A stretch of DNA of 64,000 nt, taken from NCBI RefSeq assembly GCF_032062105.1, contig NW_026926947.1, forward strand, positions 62,001 to 126,000. Direction: 5' to 3'. The notes beneath the pieces were generated by a model. That model ran no database searches. It saw only the letters and a program-made list of their open reading frames with translations, and was not told where the DNA came from. A program made the translations under genes and the position numbers. Each line of letters starts with the position of its first letter. The stretch's first letter is position 1. Of the stretch, positions 47,257 to 59,873 are shown piece after piece. This DNA is from Saccostrea cucullata. Its lineage: Eukaryota.

Positions 47257-49088
47257 CAAGTTGTACAATATTGAATGAAGATACTGTTATATGCGTGGGG
47301 GTTGGACTTTAGAATATTGCATATTAATCACCGTGAGGCTGATGGTGGAGTGTCTTTAAGTGATGTAAAGTAGCATCCAGTTGTAAATTATTAGAAATGT
47401 TTTATTGTTCACGTTATTTTTATCGTTTACTTGAATTATTGATGCATTATACACATTGCACTTCAACATTTATGTAAACAAATTTTTTGTACAAAGTTTT
47501 TGTACTACTAGACAATCTAGTGAAATATTGTTGAATAGATAGTAAGGGACAGCGATACTAAGATGTTATACGTCAGTTTTTCATCATTATCTACCATATT
47601 ACGACTGTAATTTACTTAATCACATGAGTTGTAAAGTGGGCGCCTGCCATCTTTCTTACGAAGAAAATAGTCAAGTGGCATAAACATTGTCGTTTTACAA
47701 TTGATAAGATCAAAATAACACTGTCCATGTCATCAAATGCTTGTTATTGGTACTTACATGTTATTTTATTGCAGTATTGTCATTTAATTATGTTTTATTT
47801 TAAGAAATGTTTTGGAACTTGATTGTGTAGCGTAATACTTATGTGTGTGTATTATTGTTCGGTATTACTACGCCGTGGATTGTGTGTGTCCGTTTTATTA
47901 CAGATTGTTTGTTGAACTAATTTTATTATGTATATCAAATAGAACTTCTAGCTCCCACCTCACATGTAGAAAGGACATTTTCAGCGACATTGTTTTCTAT
48001 ATACGAGCAGCGAACGTCAGTTTCATCATAACGATCATAACGATCATCAGACCATGATACGTCATCAACATCACTGACTGTATGTAAGCTGTGAATTACT
48101 AGCGACTTAGGCATGAGAAAAAAATGTAAACTTTAATACAAATTAACGAGACCCGATCTACTTGATCTGCGCATACGTTTTAACGCAGCGTCGACTCAGG
48201 CACGTCACAGTACCCTGGACTGCCGTCACAATTGAATACAATAACGTCACAATTAAAATGACGTCAAATTGCGCTAAAATGTTTCGCTGATCTTGTTCTA
48301 TAGACTGCTTGTTGAAATCTGGCTCATTCTGGCATTTTTATTACTTACATGCCATTAGAAAATATATTTTTAAATTAATAAACAACTTTGAAACATAATT
48401 TATTTTGAGGTAACAATTTCTTGGTATGGATACATTAGTTTTACTTTGTTTTATTTCAATTTGTGAGTTAGAAAAAAAATCTCACTGCAACCAAAAGTAA
48501 ACGATCTTAGTCTTTCTCCTCAAACATGTTGAAGTGTTTATACTCACCATTTTTTATTGAGCATAAAGAAAAAATTATGTCATAATGTAAGAATGATTTA
48601 ATTTTTAGAAACTAATACGTTTTTTGATGTTTGTAAACCTATTGCAACTTATAAAATATCTAGATGGATAAAATAAGTCCTATTTTTGTGTTTTGATATG
48701 CCCCCTTTCCACTGCAATAAAGGCTACCTCCGATTTTCTTTTCATTTTTTAAAAGAGGGATGCAAATTGCATGATATATGTGAAAATCAAAACATTTCAT
48801 CATATATTTCTTTTTTAATTTGTCAATTTCTTTGTTTATTGTGGAGATTTAGTATATAATTGTGTATAAAAACACGAAAAATGGTCCATATCTTGAAAGT
48901 GCCCCCATTTGACTACAATAAAGGCAAGGTAACAAAATTTCATTTTAATTTTTCTTAGCATAATACATACAAATTTATTTCCAAGAATCAAAATTTTTTA
49001 TCATTCCGTTCTCGTAATTTCCAACTAGATTGGGCTATCATTCCGTTTTCGTAATTTCCAACTAGATTGGGCCTCGTTAAGTAAGGTA

Positions 49089-49365
49089 TAGTTTCTCCAC
49101 CGCACGGACACCGCAATCCACTGTATTTTATTAGGTCAGAGATGTTAAATTTATTATAGCTTAATATACCTACGAAATGGGCGTTATCTACACTACAGCT
49201 AGGACTTATACTCATTGGCATTTGACAGGGTGCTAAGGAAGCTTACAATTTTTGGTGTCAGAAGTGGGATGTCCTGTAATCTACGAGGACATATAGGATA
49301 CGAACCTGAATACCTGTCAAATACTGAAGTAGAGTGGATTGCGGACTGTCGAGTGGTGGAGAATA
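49089..49365. mobile_element. Small TIR element
   Basis: TTCTCCACCGC.CG.ACA.CCGCAATCCACT / AGTGGATTGCGG..TGTCG.GTGGTGGAGAA. Confidence 0.6.
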
Positions 49366-49659
49366 GAAAATCTATTTGTAAATAGCGATGTATATGTTCC
49401 TGTTACTGTTTTAATAGTTAAAAATGGAGGTTGCTACTTCGCCGGATCCTTAAGTATTTCTAATTGAACATAGGAGAAATGTTCAGTTAGGCCAAGGGGA
49501 CGAAACAGATGTCTGTGGGAGGAACACTGATGACGAATATTTAATGGAAAATGAAAACCTTTTGGGCAGACATGGCAGTGACGATGACGACGAAATAATA
49601 CGTAGTTTCCGTCGGCGATCTGATTATCAGTTAGCTGACGACGCAATAGTGATCACACT

Positions 49660-50887
49660 TGCAGTTTGATCTGCCATTCACTGAAAATTTAAGGGCAAGA
49701 AATCAGCACTACAAGATACGTCAAATATGCTTGGGTAAACCACAGAACGTTTTTGTTAATAATTTTCGTATTTTGATCTACTGGCGTGTTCCTAGACAAT
49801 GTTTAATTTTATTGATTGTCAATGAATGTGACATTACAAATAGAGGAAATCGTGAAGTGGAGAAAAATACCATGTTAGTAGGATCTACCGGATCAGGTAA
49901 GACCACACTGGTGGATGGAATCGTATGTCATGTGATGGGTGTAAGCTTCGAAGATCCTTTCCGATTTACTCTTGTGAAACTCGAGGATGAAGAAGCACCT
50001 CTGTCCCCTTTTTTCTGGGAAATGGGCTGCAAAAGTTTCGAGGCATTCTACAGACATATGAGGAGATTCGAAACAAGAATCTTGTCACAAACACAAGATG
50101 TCTTGCATGAAAGAGAACAGTTGAAAACAATCATCTGCAGCATCGGATCCAAAAAAAGCGGGAACATTTGGATCTATTCAATCGGCACAAAAATGATACT
50201 GAAAGTAATAAGGATTTCACGTATGAAGAGGAGGAGACTAGACTGATCAAAAAAAAATTTGCCTAGCAGCCAGGCTGTTACCAACTGCCTACAGTGTAAC
50301 GTGACCTATCATGAAGACTGTCATATCAGAGATGATGATCAGAAGAGGAAATGCTCTTCAATGAAAGATGGCTATTGCAGAGTCTGCTTTGATCATTGTT
50401 ATTGGGATCAACACAAAAACACCCCATACATATTTTCATACGTAACCGAAACGGTTACTAAAACCTACCAAGAAATGAAAGATCGGTACGAGAAAGCAAT
50501 CGGTGAAAAGCTAACGCATGAGAAGTATATAAAAGAATTAACGATGGACGTTGACGAGCTAATGGACAACATCATGGATATGATGAATGAGATGAATCGC
50601 TGCAAGACCAGACTGAGAGAGATCGCATTACGACCTGAGGCACTCACTACAGTTGAGCACATAGATCTGATGATCCAAGCTGAAGAGTCGGAGAGACACC
50701 CGGGTTATACAATTAAAGATTTTGATCAACATTTTCGCAGCAGTCGGAGTGATATTACTAGCGCAGTCGGCGCAAGTTTCGAGGAAGGCGTAAAATTAAG
50801 ACGTGTCGTCCGGTAAAGGGAAGAAATGAAGGCGTTGTAGCTCACGGAATTAATATGGTGTAAAAGTGGATTGGAGAAGTAGCCTGA
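49660..50887 (+). pseudogene. Paralogue 2, 3' half: GTPase/coiled-coil pseudogene
   Basis: Near-identical to 36503-38410 but lacks FN3. A deletion at ~49995 removes G2-G4 (..EDEE|APLSPFFW). Frameshifts near 50150-50260, a ~50-bp deletion at ~50712, and a late frameshift/stop. Confidence 0.88.
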
Positions 50888-51119
50888 AGTTATCAGCCAG
50901 TGTTGCTTAGATTAAAATAATCTGACTTTTTTCAACATCTTAAATCTTAGTTGCTTCTTATAAGATGCATCGAACAAGAACTACTACATATATTGTTGAA
51001 GTGTTACTGTTAGTGTAGTGTTATTTGCAATTAAATGAAGTGTTATATCTTCCCTTTTAAATTGACATGATTTTAATTGCAATGAAAATACCCTGAAACA
51101 TATGGAGATATCGAACAGT

Positions 51120-51950
51120 ATTTAAGATAAAAAATTCATAAAACAATTATAAAAAAAATAGTAGCAGAACTGAACCATCAAAACATTACAGGTGGGACCA
51201 GGTGTCATGGAAGAGTGAGCATCTCCTGTCGACCCGTCACATCCGCCGTGTGCTCCTTGGCATGATCGGGAAATGACGAAACAATCCGTCGTCAATACAG
51301 TGTATAAATAATAGACCAACAACTAGTATGAAAAACGTCAGTTAGCGTTTGACTCAATGATAAGTTGTATTTGCTGACAAGGTCATTGTATCGACCAAAG
51401 AACTTACGAAATGATGACTTCAAACGAGACTGACAGGTTGACATTCTTATTTCATCAACTTGTTTGTAAATAATTTACTTCGTTGTAGAAATTGTTCATA
51501 CGTAGAGCGTGCTCTTCCGTATCGAATCAACTGAGATATATAAATGTCGATTTGAAGGCCACAGCGAGTGTTTTCTTCTCACGTATAAGATTGTGGACAA
51601 ATTTTACTTCTTATGAATACAAAAAGGGTCTGTTAATAACGGGCCGCAAATGGTATCCATGGGAATTCCAATAGATTGTTGGAATACCTAGTCTCAAAAA
51701 AAAAAAAAATCAAACATATTGTCAATCAGAAACCCAAGAATCTTTTTGATGTCGACTTCGGAGTACTTTTGTGTACAATCAGAATGCTTTTAACAAAATA
51801 ATTTTGCAAATGACCAGTGACAAGGTAAGTAAATTTACGAGGCCCATACGAGTTCCATACTCCTATACCTGGACTTTAACTCATCGTGGGGAATGGTTGT
51901 GTATGAAGTTTTTAAGCTGTTGAACTTGTGATTGCAAATTATCCAAAAGT
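51120..51950 (-). mobile_element. Degenerate Penelope-like retroelement fragment
   Basis: Homologous to 44400-44790 (QQSIGIPMDT..PLL); upstream YTTIPHDELK motif; terminal GTGACGGGTCGACAGGAGATGCTCACTC motif. Confidence 0.75.
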
Positions 51951-52347
51951 TCTTTTTTCAATTTTTTAATTGATTTTATTGCTTTTTTTTAATTTTTAAC
52001 ACCAGAAAAATAACATTTTTGAGTGCAGAAAGGCCAAGTAATTGACTATGCAAAGTAATTTGAAGATGTTTTTGTTGTCACAATTTTTAATGTGACTGTT
52101 TTTAAAACATGGAAAAAGACTGTGTTTGAACTAATAATGAATTTGGATCAAAGTGTTGTGTTAAAGGAAAAATTATATTTTTAAATTAATGTTAGACGTT
52201 ATAACAGTGCAAAAAGGCAAACCTATCGATCCGTAGTGCTAAAAGAAGCGCAATAACCCTTATTTTTGTTTTGATATTTTATTTAGCTGTTTGAGTAGAT
52301 TCTTGAAATGTACTCGACAAAATATTCTCAATACTTTTGATAACAGG

Positions 52348-52480
52348 NNNNNNNNNNNNNNNNNNNNNNNNNNNNNNNNNNNNNNNNNNNNNNNNNNNNN
52401 NNNNNNNNNNNNNNNNNNNNNNNNNNNNNNNNNNNNNNNNNNNNNNNNNNNNNNNNNNNNNNNNNNNNNNNNNNNNNNNN
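52348..52480. other. Assembly gap (133 N)
   Basis: Run of N. Confidence 0.99.
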
Positions 52481-52661
52481 GCAACGCGTCATTTGATTGG
52501 TTAAACGTTTTTTCCATTTCGTATAACATAACTTGCCTACGTCACAATGAGTTACGTCAAAAACGTATCACTCCGCTTGACGTTACTTTTAAAATAATGC
52601 TCACTTTGAAGCCTTTTTCTGGAGGAAATATTGTCTCATTGTCTACATTGAAATTAAATTA

Positions 52662-52817
52662 TAAGAAATGAAGCTTATTCCAACTTATGTTATCCGATAT
52701 AACAAAACTTGGGGCAGTTTACGCTTATTTATAAACCTCTTCGCGGTTTATAAAGCGTAAACTGCCCCAAGTTATGTTATATCGGATAACATAAATTGAA
52801 ATAAGCTTCATTCCTTA
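52662..52817. mobile_element. Palindromic MITE-like element
   Basis: TAAG.AATGAAGCTTATT.CAA.TTATGTTATCCGATATAACA.AACTTGGGGCAGTTTACGCTT mirrored almost perfectly. Confidence 0.8.
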
Positions 52818-52819
52818 AT

Positions 52820-53975
52820 TATAACAGTAATATATCAAAATAAAACTTTAGAGATGAATTGTATAATATTAATCCATTAAACAAAGCACAATAACAAGGG
52901 ACTTTTTAACGCGCAAGAAAAATAACGTCATGTTTCTGCGTACTACGTCATCAGTTTCAGAGAGTGGTGATATGGATTCAGAAAACCACAGTGTGGTGAT
53001 CCGGAAAGTCGGATCACGACGTCACGTGATAGCGTAAAGTTAACGGTAAAACTGAGTGATACACGTTAGGTATATAATAAATATATATTATTATAACAGT
53101 AACTTGATCCGAAGGGTCGTATCACGTCGAGTTGACAGGTGCGGATCATCAGATCTAACGAGACGCGAAGCGTCGAGTTTGATCTGATGATCCGCGCCTG
53201 TCAACAAGACGTGATACGGCTCTTCGGATCAAGTTACTGTTATAATGATAACTTTATTATATACCCCCTTATAACTAGCTAAATATAGCAGAATAAAACT
53301 TTATAGATCAATTGTATAATATTTATTCATAAAACAAAGCATAATAACAAGGGACTTTTTAACGCGCAAGAAAAATAACGTCATGTTTTTGTGTACTACG
53401 TCATCAGTTTCAGAGAGTGGTGATATGGATTCAGAAAACTACAGTGTGGTGATCCGGAAAATCGGATCAAACTCTGTAAAATTAACAGTAACAAAAACAA
53501 GGAAATTGATGGGTATATAATAAATATATATTATTATAACAGCAACTTGATCCGAAGAGTCGTCACGTCGAGTTGACAGGCGCGGATCATCAGATCTAAC
53601 GAGACGCGAAGCGTCGAGTTTGATATGATGATCCGCGCCAGTCAAAAAGACGTGACACGGTTCTTCGGATCAAGTTACGTTATAATGATAAATTTATTAT
53701 ACACCCCCTTATAACTAGCTAAAAATGGCATAATAAAACTTTTAAAAATCAATTGTATAATATCGATAAAACAAAGCATAATTACAATGGACTTTTAAAC
53801 GCGCAAGAATAATAACGTCATGTTTTTGCGTACTACGTCATCAGTTTCAGAGAGTCGTGATATGGATTCAGAAAACCACAGTGTGGTGATCCGGAAAGTC
53901 GGATCACAACGACACGTGATTGCGTTAATTCTACAGTAAAATTGAGTGATCTCAATACATGTTAGGTATATAATA
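52820..53975. repeat. Tandem array (~2.6 copies, 440-453 bp); each full unit contains a ~160-bp palindrome
   Basis: TAAAACTTT anchor at 52841, 53294, 53734; hairpins at ~53089-53248 and ~53530-53688 centred on GACGC-GAA-GCGTC. Confidence 0.85.
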
Positions 53976-56900
53976 ATGCTCTGGCAACCACCAAACAAAC
54001 AAAATTTAGGATTTCTACTAAAGACCGAAGTTCTCTTAGACGTAATATTCGTTTAACTATACTGTATTTTTTTCTTCTTTCTCGCGCTGCATCGAATTCC
54101 TACTCCCGATTTGTGTGTCAAATTCAATTCATAGAAATACTAACTTCATACTTGCCCAAGAAGACTTTTCTTCCTAGAGTTTCACTCCTGTAAACTTTGA
54201 TCGCCTATATTCGATGCTGATAGAGCAATAAATTAAAGATCATCCAACAAGTCTGTAATGTTAAGATATGTCAACAGTTTACTCCTCCTAGGCACCTAGG
54301 GTTTATCCCTCTTTATATTTTGTTTTGTGTATCGGTTTATTCTACATCGATCACTGTTCGTTATCTTTATGTTTTACACTTTACACTCATTCTGTGGGTT
54401 TAGTTATTTTAAAATGGTAAAAAAAAAAGAGTTCTATGAGTCTTGGCTAGAAAAAATCTGGATGAAAAAATCACCATTTCGGAATTATTCCAAATTGTTT
54501 AGCTGTTGAATTATTAGGCTTAAAACTCAATTTGTTTACTGTACGGTTACCTGAGGAGGGGGGGGGGGTGTCTCAGTAACAGTGGTGCTATTTACCTGGA
54601 GACCCTCAATACCCAAGTTGTCAGATATCTATATTCACGTTGCATCATATACAGGATGTCTGGGTTTAGTAATCAGGATCAACATCACGTTTTTCGTATC
54701 TTAATTAACCGTCATCTGTTGAAGGAAAAATCATCAAGAAAAACTGTTTATTAAAAAAAAAAATTGTAAAATAAAAGATTAAAAGTAAAAACCACAAAGC
54801 AATCGGATCTATATTTTAAATCTTAAATAATAGAATTAAATTATAATGATTAAATAATTGTGAATATTGAAAAAAAATAAAGATATTCTGGACATTTTTC
54901 CGCGATTGGAATATTTTTTTTATTTTCTGGCGAACAATGTTGCCCAAATATTCAATATTTCCGTTTGTTTGTGTGTTAAGAAAAATCAATTGTTTCAAAG
55001 ATTTTTCTTTAGGATCGATCGCTGTTCGTTATCTTCACCTTTTCATATCAAAATTGGAAATTTGAGCAATAATTCTGAGATTTCTTTACAACATAGTGTT
55101 TACAAAGGTATACACATCTTTTGTAAACCATACCGTTTATACAATGGAAGTTGAGGCTAACAGTGGCAGAAAAGGAAAAAAAGTGCTACACTTACCAAAA
55201 GAATAGCCAAAAGCCAGCTTCTGACCATACAAAATGCGAAAGAGAAACAGTATTGGCTTAAAAATTGATATTGATTTTGATATCTGTTCACGTTAGTATC
55301 AGATACAGTACACCAAAATATTTGTCGAATGACGGGGAGCGACAGTTGTACTGCAGTGTACTGAGTATTAGTAGTAGGTTTATAACAATTAAGCTATATA
55401 TGAAAGTAATTATATAAAGATGTCCCTGAATTACACGGAAAGTCTTGCGAGAACAAGTTTTTTGCAGTTTCTGACATTTCTAGACTGTCACTGGACAACT
55501 ATAGTTGGAAAACCCACTTCTGTTGCTTTCAGTTTTAGTGGCAGTTACCAAGGGCGTTTTAGTTTACTTTATATTTTATACATGTATACTGTAAACCAAC
55601 TTTTATTTGCGTGCAACAAATAATGTATACTGTAAACAATTCAAAATTGTAACATAATTAAATAATTAGTCTGTAAGATTTCAATTTGAATATGTTTTCA
55701 GTACACATTTTTTCATAGAGTTCATTTCTTTTTAACGTTTACTGTAGGTAAATTATCTCGTGTTATTTTCATATTTTCTGTAATTTTGACTTATTATATG
55801 CTTTGTTTATTATAGATCAATGCCTTATATCCTTAATAAATGAAAACGTCTGTCTTGCTGCTCGGTTACTCATATTCGTGAAAATCAATCGACGCGGATT
55901 GATTTTAAACTTACGAATAGTGTGAATATAAGATGACGCAAATAATTGGTTGGTTTTCAGACTGTAATCGGTAAGCGATGACAAATAGCGTTCCTTCAGT
56001 CGTTTTATATACAACAAAACGATATTGATTCGAGGAGGCGATTTTGACTTAATTTAAATCAGATAATTAATTTCATAAAACAATAATTTGTAAAAAATTA
56101 ATCGATTTTCAAAAAACGATTTCCGGTGACTTTGCATTTTCGCTTTAATTACTTGGAAGCACAAAATTGCGTGCGCATACAAAAATTACGTGGAAGTATA
56201 CCCGTCGGATGACTGTGCATAAACAATGAAAACTTTTGACAGCATTTTGTTGAAAACACATTATATGTGAATCCATTTATAATCCCGATTGGACATAGAT
56301 TTTCTGTGGTAAGACTTTAATTTTCCTTGGCATTCTAATCGTTTGGGTAATTTTTTGTATTCAGATACTAGGCCTAGATATTATGATATTTAAGTCAGTT
56401 TTTTTTTTTTTTTTTTTTAGAAACAAAGTTTTATACATGTAGATGTTTACACGGTAAGCATGACGTGAAATTCTACTGGACAAAAAATTATTTAAACAAA
56501 AATTAAACATTCAAATACTTTTTTTAATCTATAGAGGTCAAAAGTTTCAAATCTTATATATGTATCAGCAAGACATTTTTGGCAAGATTAACGTTGTTTC
56601 AGGGGAAAAAAATAATTTTGATTCTGCAGACTATGAAATCTGCATATGATGTATTTTTTTTATCGCAGACAGTGCAGTCATAAATTTGAATTTACTTTCA
56701 TTTTCATGCAAGAAAGATAAGGAAATTATTCAAGGTTGACCTCAAAATAAATGCATTTGTTTAAATGGAATTTTTCTAAATATTGAAAAAATATTTTGTT
56801 CATGTTCCAATGTTGATAAATTACGTTTATTATAAGGTAAGGGTATATTTATTTTATTAAAAGAAAAATAAGTAACGTCAGGTTCCTGTGATAAGGTAAC

Positions 56901-58763
56901 AGTATTTTTTTTTTTATTAAAAGAAAAATAAGTAACGTCAGGTGCCTGTGTACCAAGGGTAAAGGTTAATAAAGTTGAGTAAATCCTTGCCAATTCGTAC
57001 TATAAAAAAGTAAAACCTTGTCAAGAATCCATTGATTCGAGGAAGCGATTTTGACCTATATGTATAATTCAAATTTCTTATTCATAAGAAATAAGTCGAC
57101 TTTTAAAAAACGATTTCGGGTGACTTCTCATTTTCGCTTTGATTACCTGGAAGCACATACAATAATAACATGGTAGTGCACAGTTCAGTGTGTATACATA
57201 ACAATGTGAAAAACCTATAAATATAGAAACTTGATTAGGCCTAAAAGATACGCTTTTTTGGAAACTGTATTAAGTATATAAAAAAAGTTGTTGGTTTTAT
57301 TACGGTAAAAAAATAAATTCTATTCGGCATAAAATGCTTTTTAAAATCAAGTTGGACACTGAAATATTTTTATATACAATAATTTCTACTCTAAATACAG
57401 GGCAATAAATACTGTATAATTATTAAATGATGGAATAATATCCCCATCTCTGATTGGCTGAGATCCAACAATGTTTGAAAAATACTACGTTATATTGACC
57501 TACACGTGCTCTTCCGGGTCAATACCATATAATGTCATATTGTATCATTTTTTTTATTTCCTGGGTTGTTAAGTAAATGCAAAATTACAAAAAGACCATT
57601 AACATACGGTAGTCAGATAACATATTCACAAAATACAGGATGTAATTCACAGAAGGAATATACATAAATAAAATATTTTCATATACGAGAGCTGTACTTT
57701 AAGATAACATCGCTTTTGTACAATATTTCCTACAAAACATTTTTAAAAATCCCCAGTTTACAGATGTGAATCTCTAAGTACTTCTGCTTTTTGGGGGAAT
57801 TTCACTTTATTACTGTTCACACACATTTTCAGTTGATAATGATTGTAATAGTTTATACATGCTAAGTATATACCAAGATACACCCTGTACAAGTTTATGA
57901 TACAGTTGACATTTTGAAATAAAATGGTACTCATATTCAAACTCCATTTGACAACAAAAGTTAAATGTATTCTCCCTAGAAATATGAGTAAATCTTCCCT
58001 TCTCAATCATTTCAATCACAAATGTGTGCTTAATCTACAGAATTCTATCAACCGTTAAAAAACTCAAAATTTTTCCATACATGATTACAAGAGTGACTCG
58101 TTCTAATAACGCCAGTACCCCTGACTCTGTGGCTAAAAATTATAAAATTGTTGATCATGCATCCTTTACTTATCATTCAATCAGATAAGCAACTACTGAA
58201 TAAAATTAATGATAACACGGATTCTTTATTTACATAATACCATTGTGCAGCTCAAAATTAGTATGTACTTATCATTACCAAGCTCTTCGTTTCTATGGTA
58301 TTTACTGTGGTGTGGTAAAAAAGAGTTTTTAAAGCATTCGAGCATTTTCTCCAATTACACAACAAAGACTTCCTTCTCATTAAAATTATGTTTTTGGTTT
58401 GTCTGCTAAATATCCAAAAGCAGAGAAAAATAGTTATATATTTGAAGAATTTATTCATATACACTATATGAACAATAGAACTCCGCTTGAACACCAGAAC
58501 TCTTGATCCTGGGACCATAAATTTCACAATTCTGGTATAGGGCCCATGTTTCTTACAATGATGCCAAAAGCTCGTCTGTTTAATGAACAGGAGTAAAAAA
58601 AGAAAGAGACTATGGAATTCACATTTTTATTTGCCTGCAATTTGTAAAATCTACATGTAATATCTAATATTTGCTTTAACTGGTTCAGGAGTTGAGAAGA
58701 GACTGAAAATGTTCAAAGTCCTCACGGACGACGCAAGTCGAAGGACGACAGACAAAAATAGAG

Positions 58764-58794
<31 letters not shown>

Positions 58795-58994
58795 TTGTCG
58801 TAAACCATGCAAAAAGAACTGAAGAGAATTCACGTTTTTAAAAAAAATCTCTTTTTGAACATTTTTTTCATCCCAAAAGTTGTTTATAATACTTTTGTTG
58901 GATATGTGTACGCCTCGCTTTAAAAAATTATAATTATGTATTTAGGTCAAAGGAAGACAATTGTGAGTTTTTTAGAAAAATAGACAATTCCAGC

Positions 58995-59141
58995 ATGTCT
59001 GATGATCGTTGTGAAGATACTGTGAGTTTTTCTTTTAATAATCAAACATTGATATCTTTGTGTATTGGTCAAAATTAACATCGATTTGGTATAATTCATT
59101 TAAGAAATTCATGTGTATTTGTTAGATAATGATATAAAGTT

Positions 59142-59176
<35 letters not shown>

Positions 59177-59668
59177 AAGCACTGTGGCTTGGAAAAAATA
59201 GAAATTGGTTTATTATTGAAAAGTTTAAATCCAAAAGTAGTCCCATGACCAATCATGGCTTTGCTATTCTTGAGAAGAAGATTTTTAAAGAATTTTCCTA
59301 TATATTTCTATGTAAAACTTTGGTTGGCCAGTTTGGCCCCGCCCTACCCCCGGGGGTCATGATTTGAACAAACTTGAATCTACACTATCTGAGGATGCTT
59401 CCATATAAATATGATCAATTATGGCTTTGTTATTCTTGAGAAGAAGATTTTTAAAGAATTTTCCTATATATTTCTATGTAAAACTTCGGTCGGCCATTGT
59501 GACCCCGCCCTACCCCCGGGGGTCATGATTTGAACAAACTTGAATCTAAACTACCTGAGGATGTTTCCCCATAAGTTTCATCTTTCCTGGCACAGTGGTT
59601 CTTGAGAAGAAGATTTTTAAAACATACCACCTAATTTTCATTAATTCCCAATTATCTCCCCTTGAATG

Positions 59669-59718
<50 letters not shown>

Positions 59719-59727
59719 ACTTCGTGG

Positions 59728-59758
<31 letters not shown>

Positions 59759-59770
59759 AGAGAAGAAGTC

Positions 59771-59813
<43 letters not shown>

Positions 59814-59830
59814 GGACGCCGGACAAAATG

Positions 59831-59873
<43 letters not shown>

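Noticed and set aside
49495-49540. Hammerhead ribozyme (GAAAC..GTC..CTGATGA)
   Set aside because: Stem II cannot form and stems I and III are minimal.
49659-50246. 195-aa ORF as a functional GTPase
   Set aside because: It reads through an intron homologue, lacks G2-G4, and ends in frameshifted sequence.
44128-50887. Copy 2 as an uncollapsed haplotype of copy 1
   Set aside because: B-box exons are only ~62% identical in protein and the 5' introns are unalignable, too divergent for alleles.
51270-51300. SECIS-like hairpin in the Penelope fragment end
   Set aside because: Too degenerate to show the UGA/GA quartet and AA loop; cannot be supported by eye.
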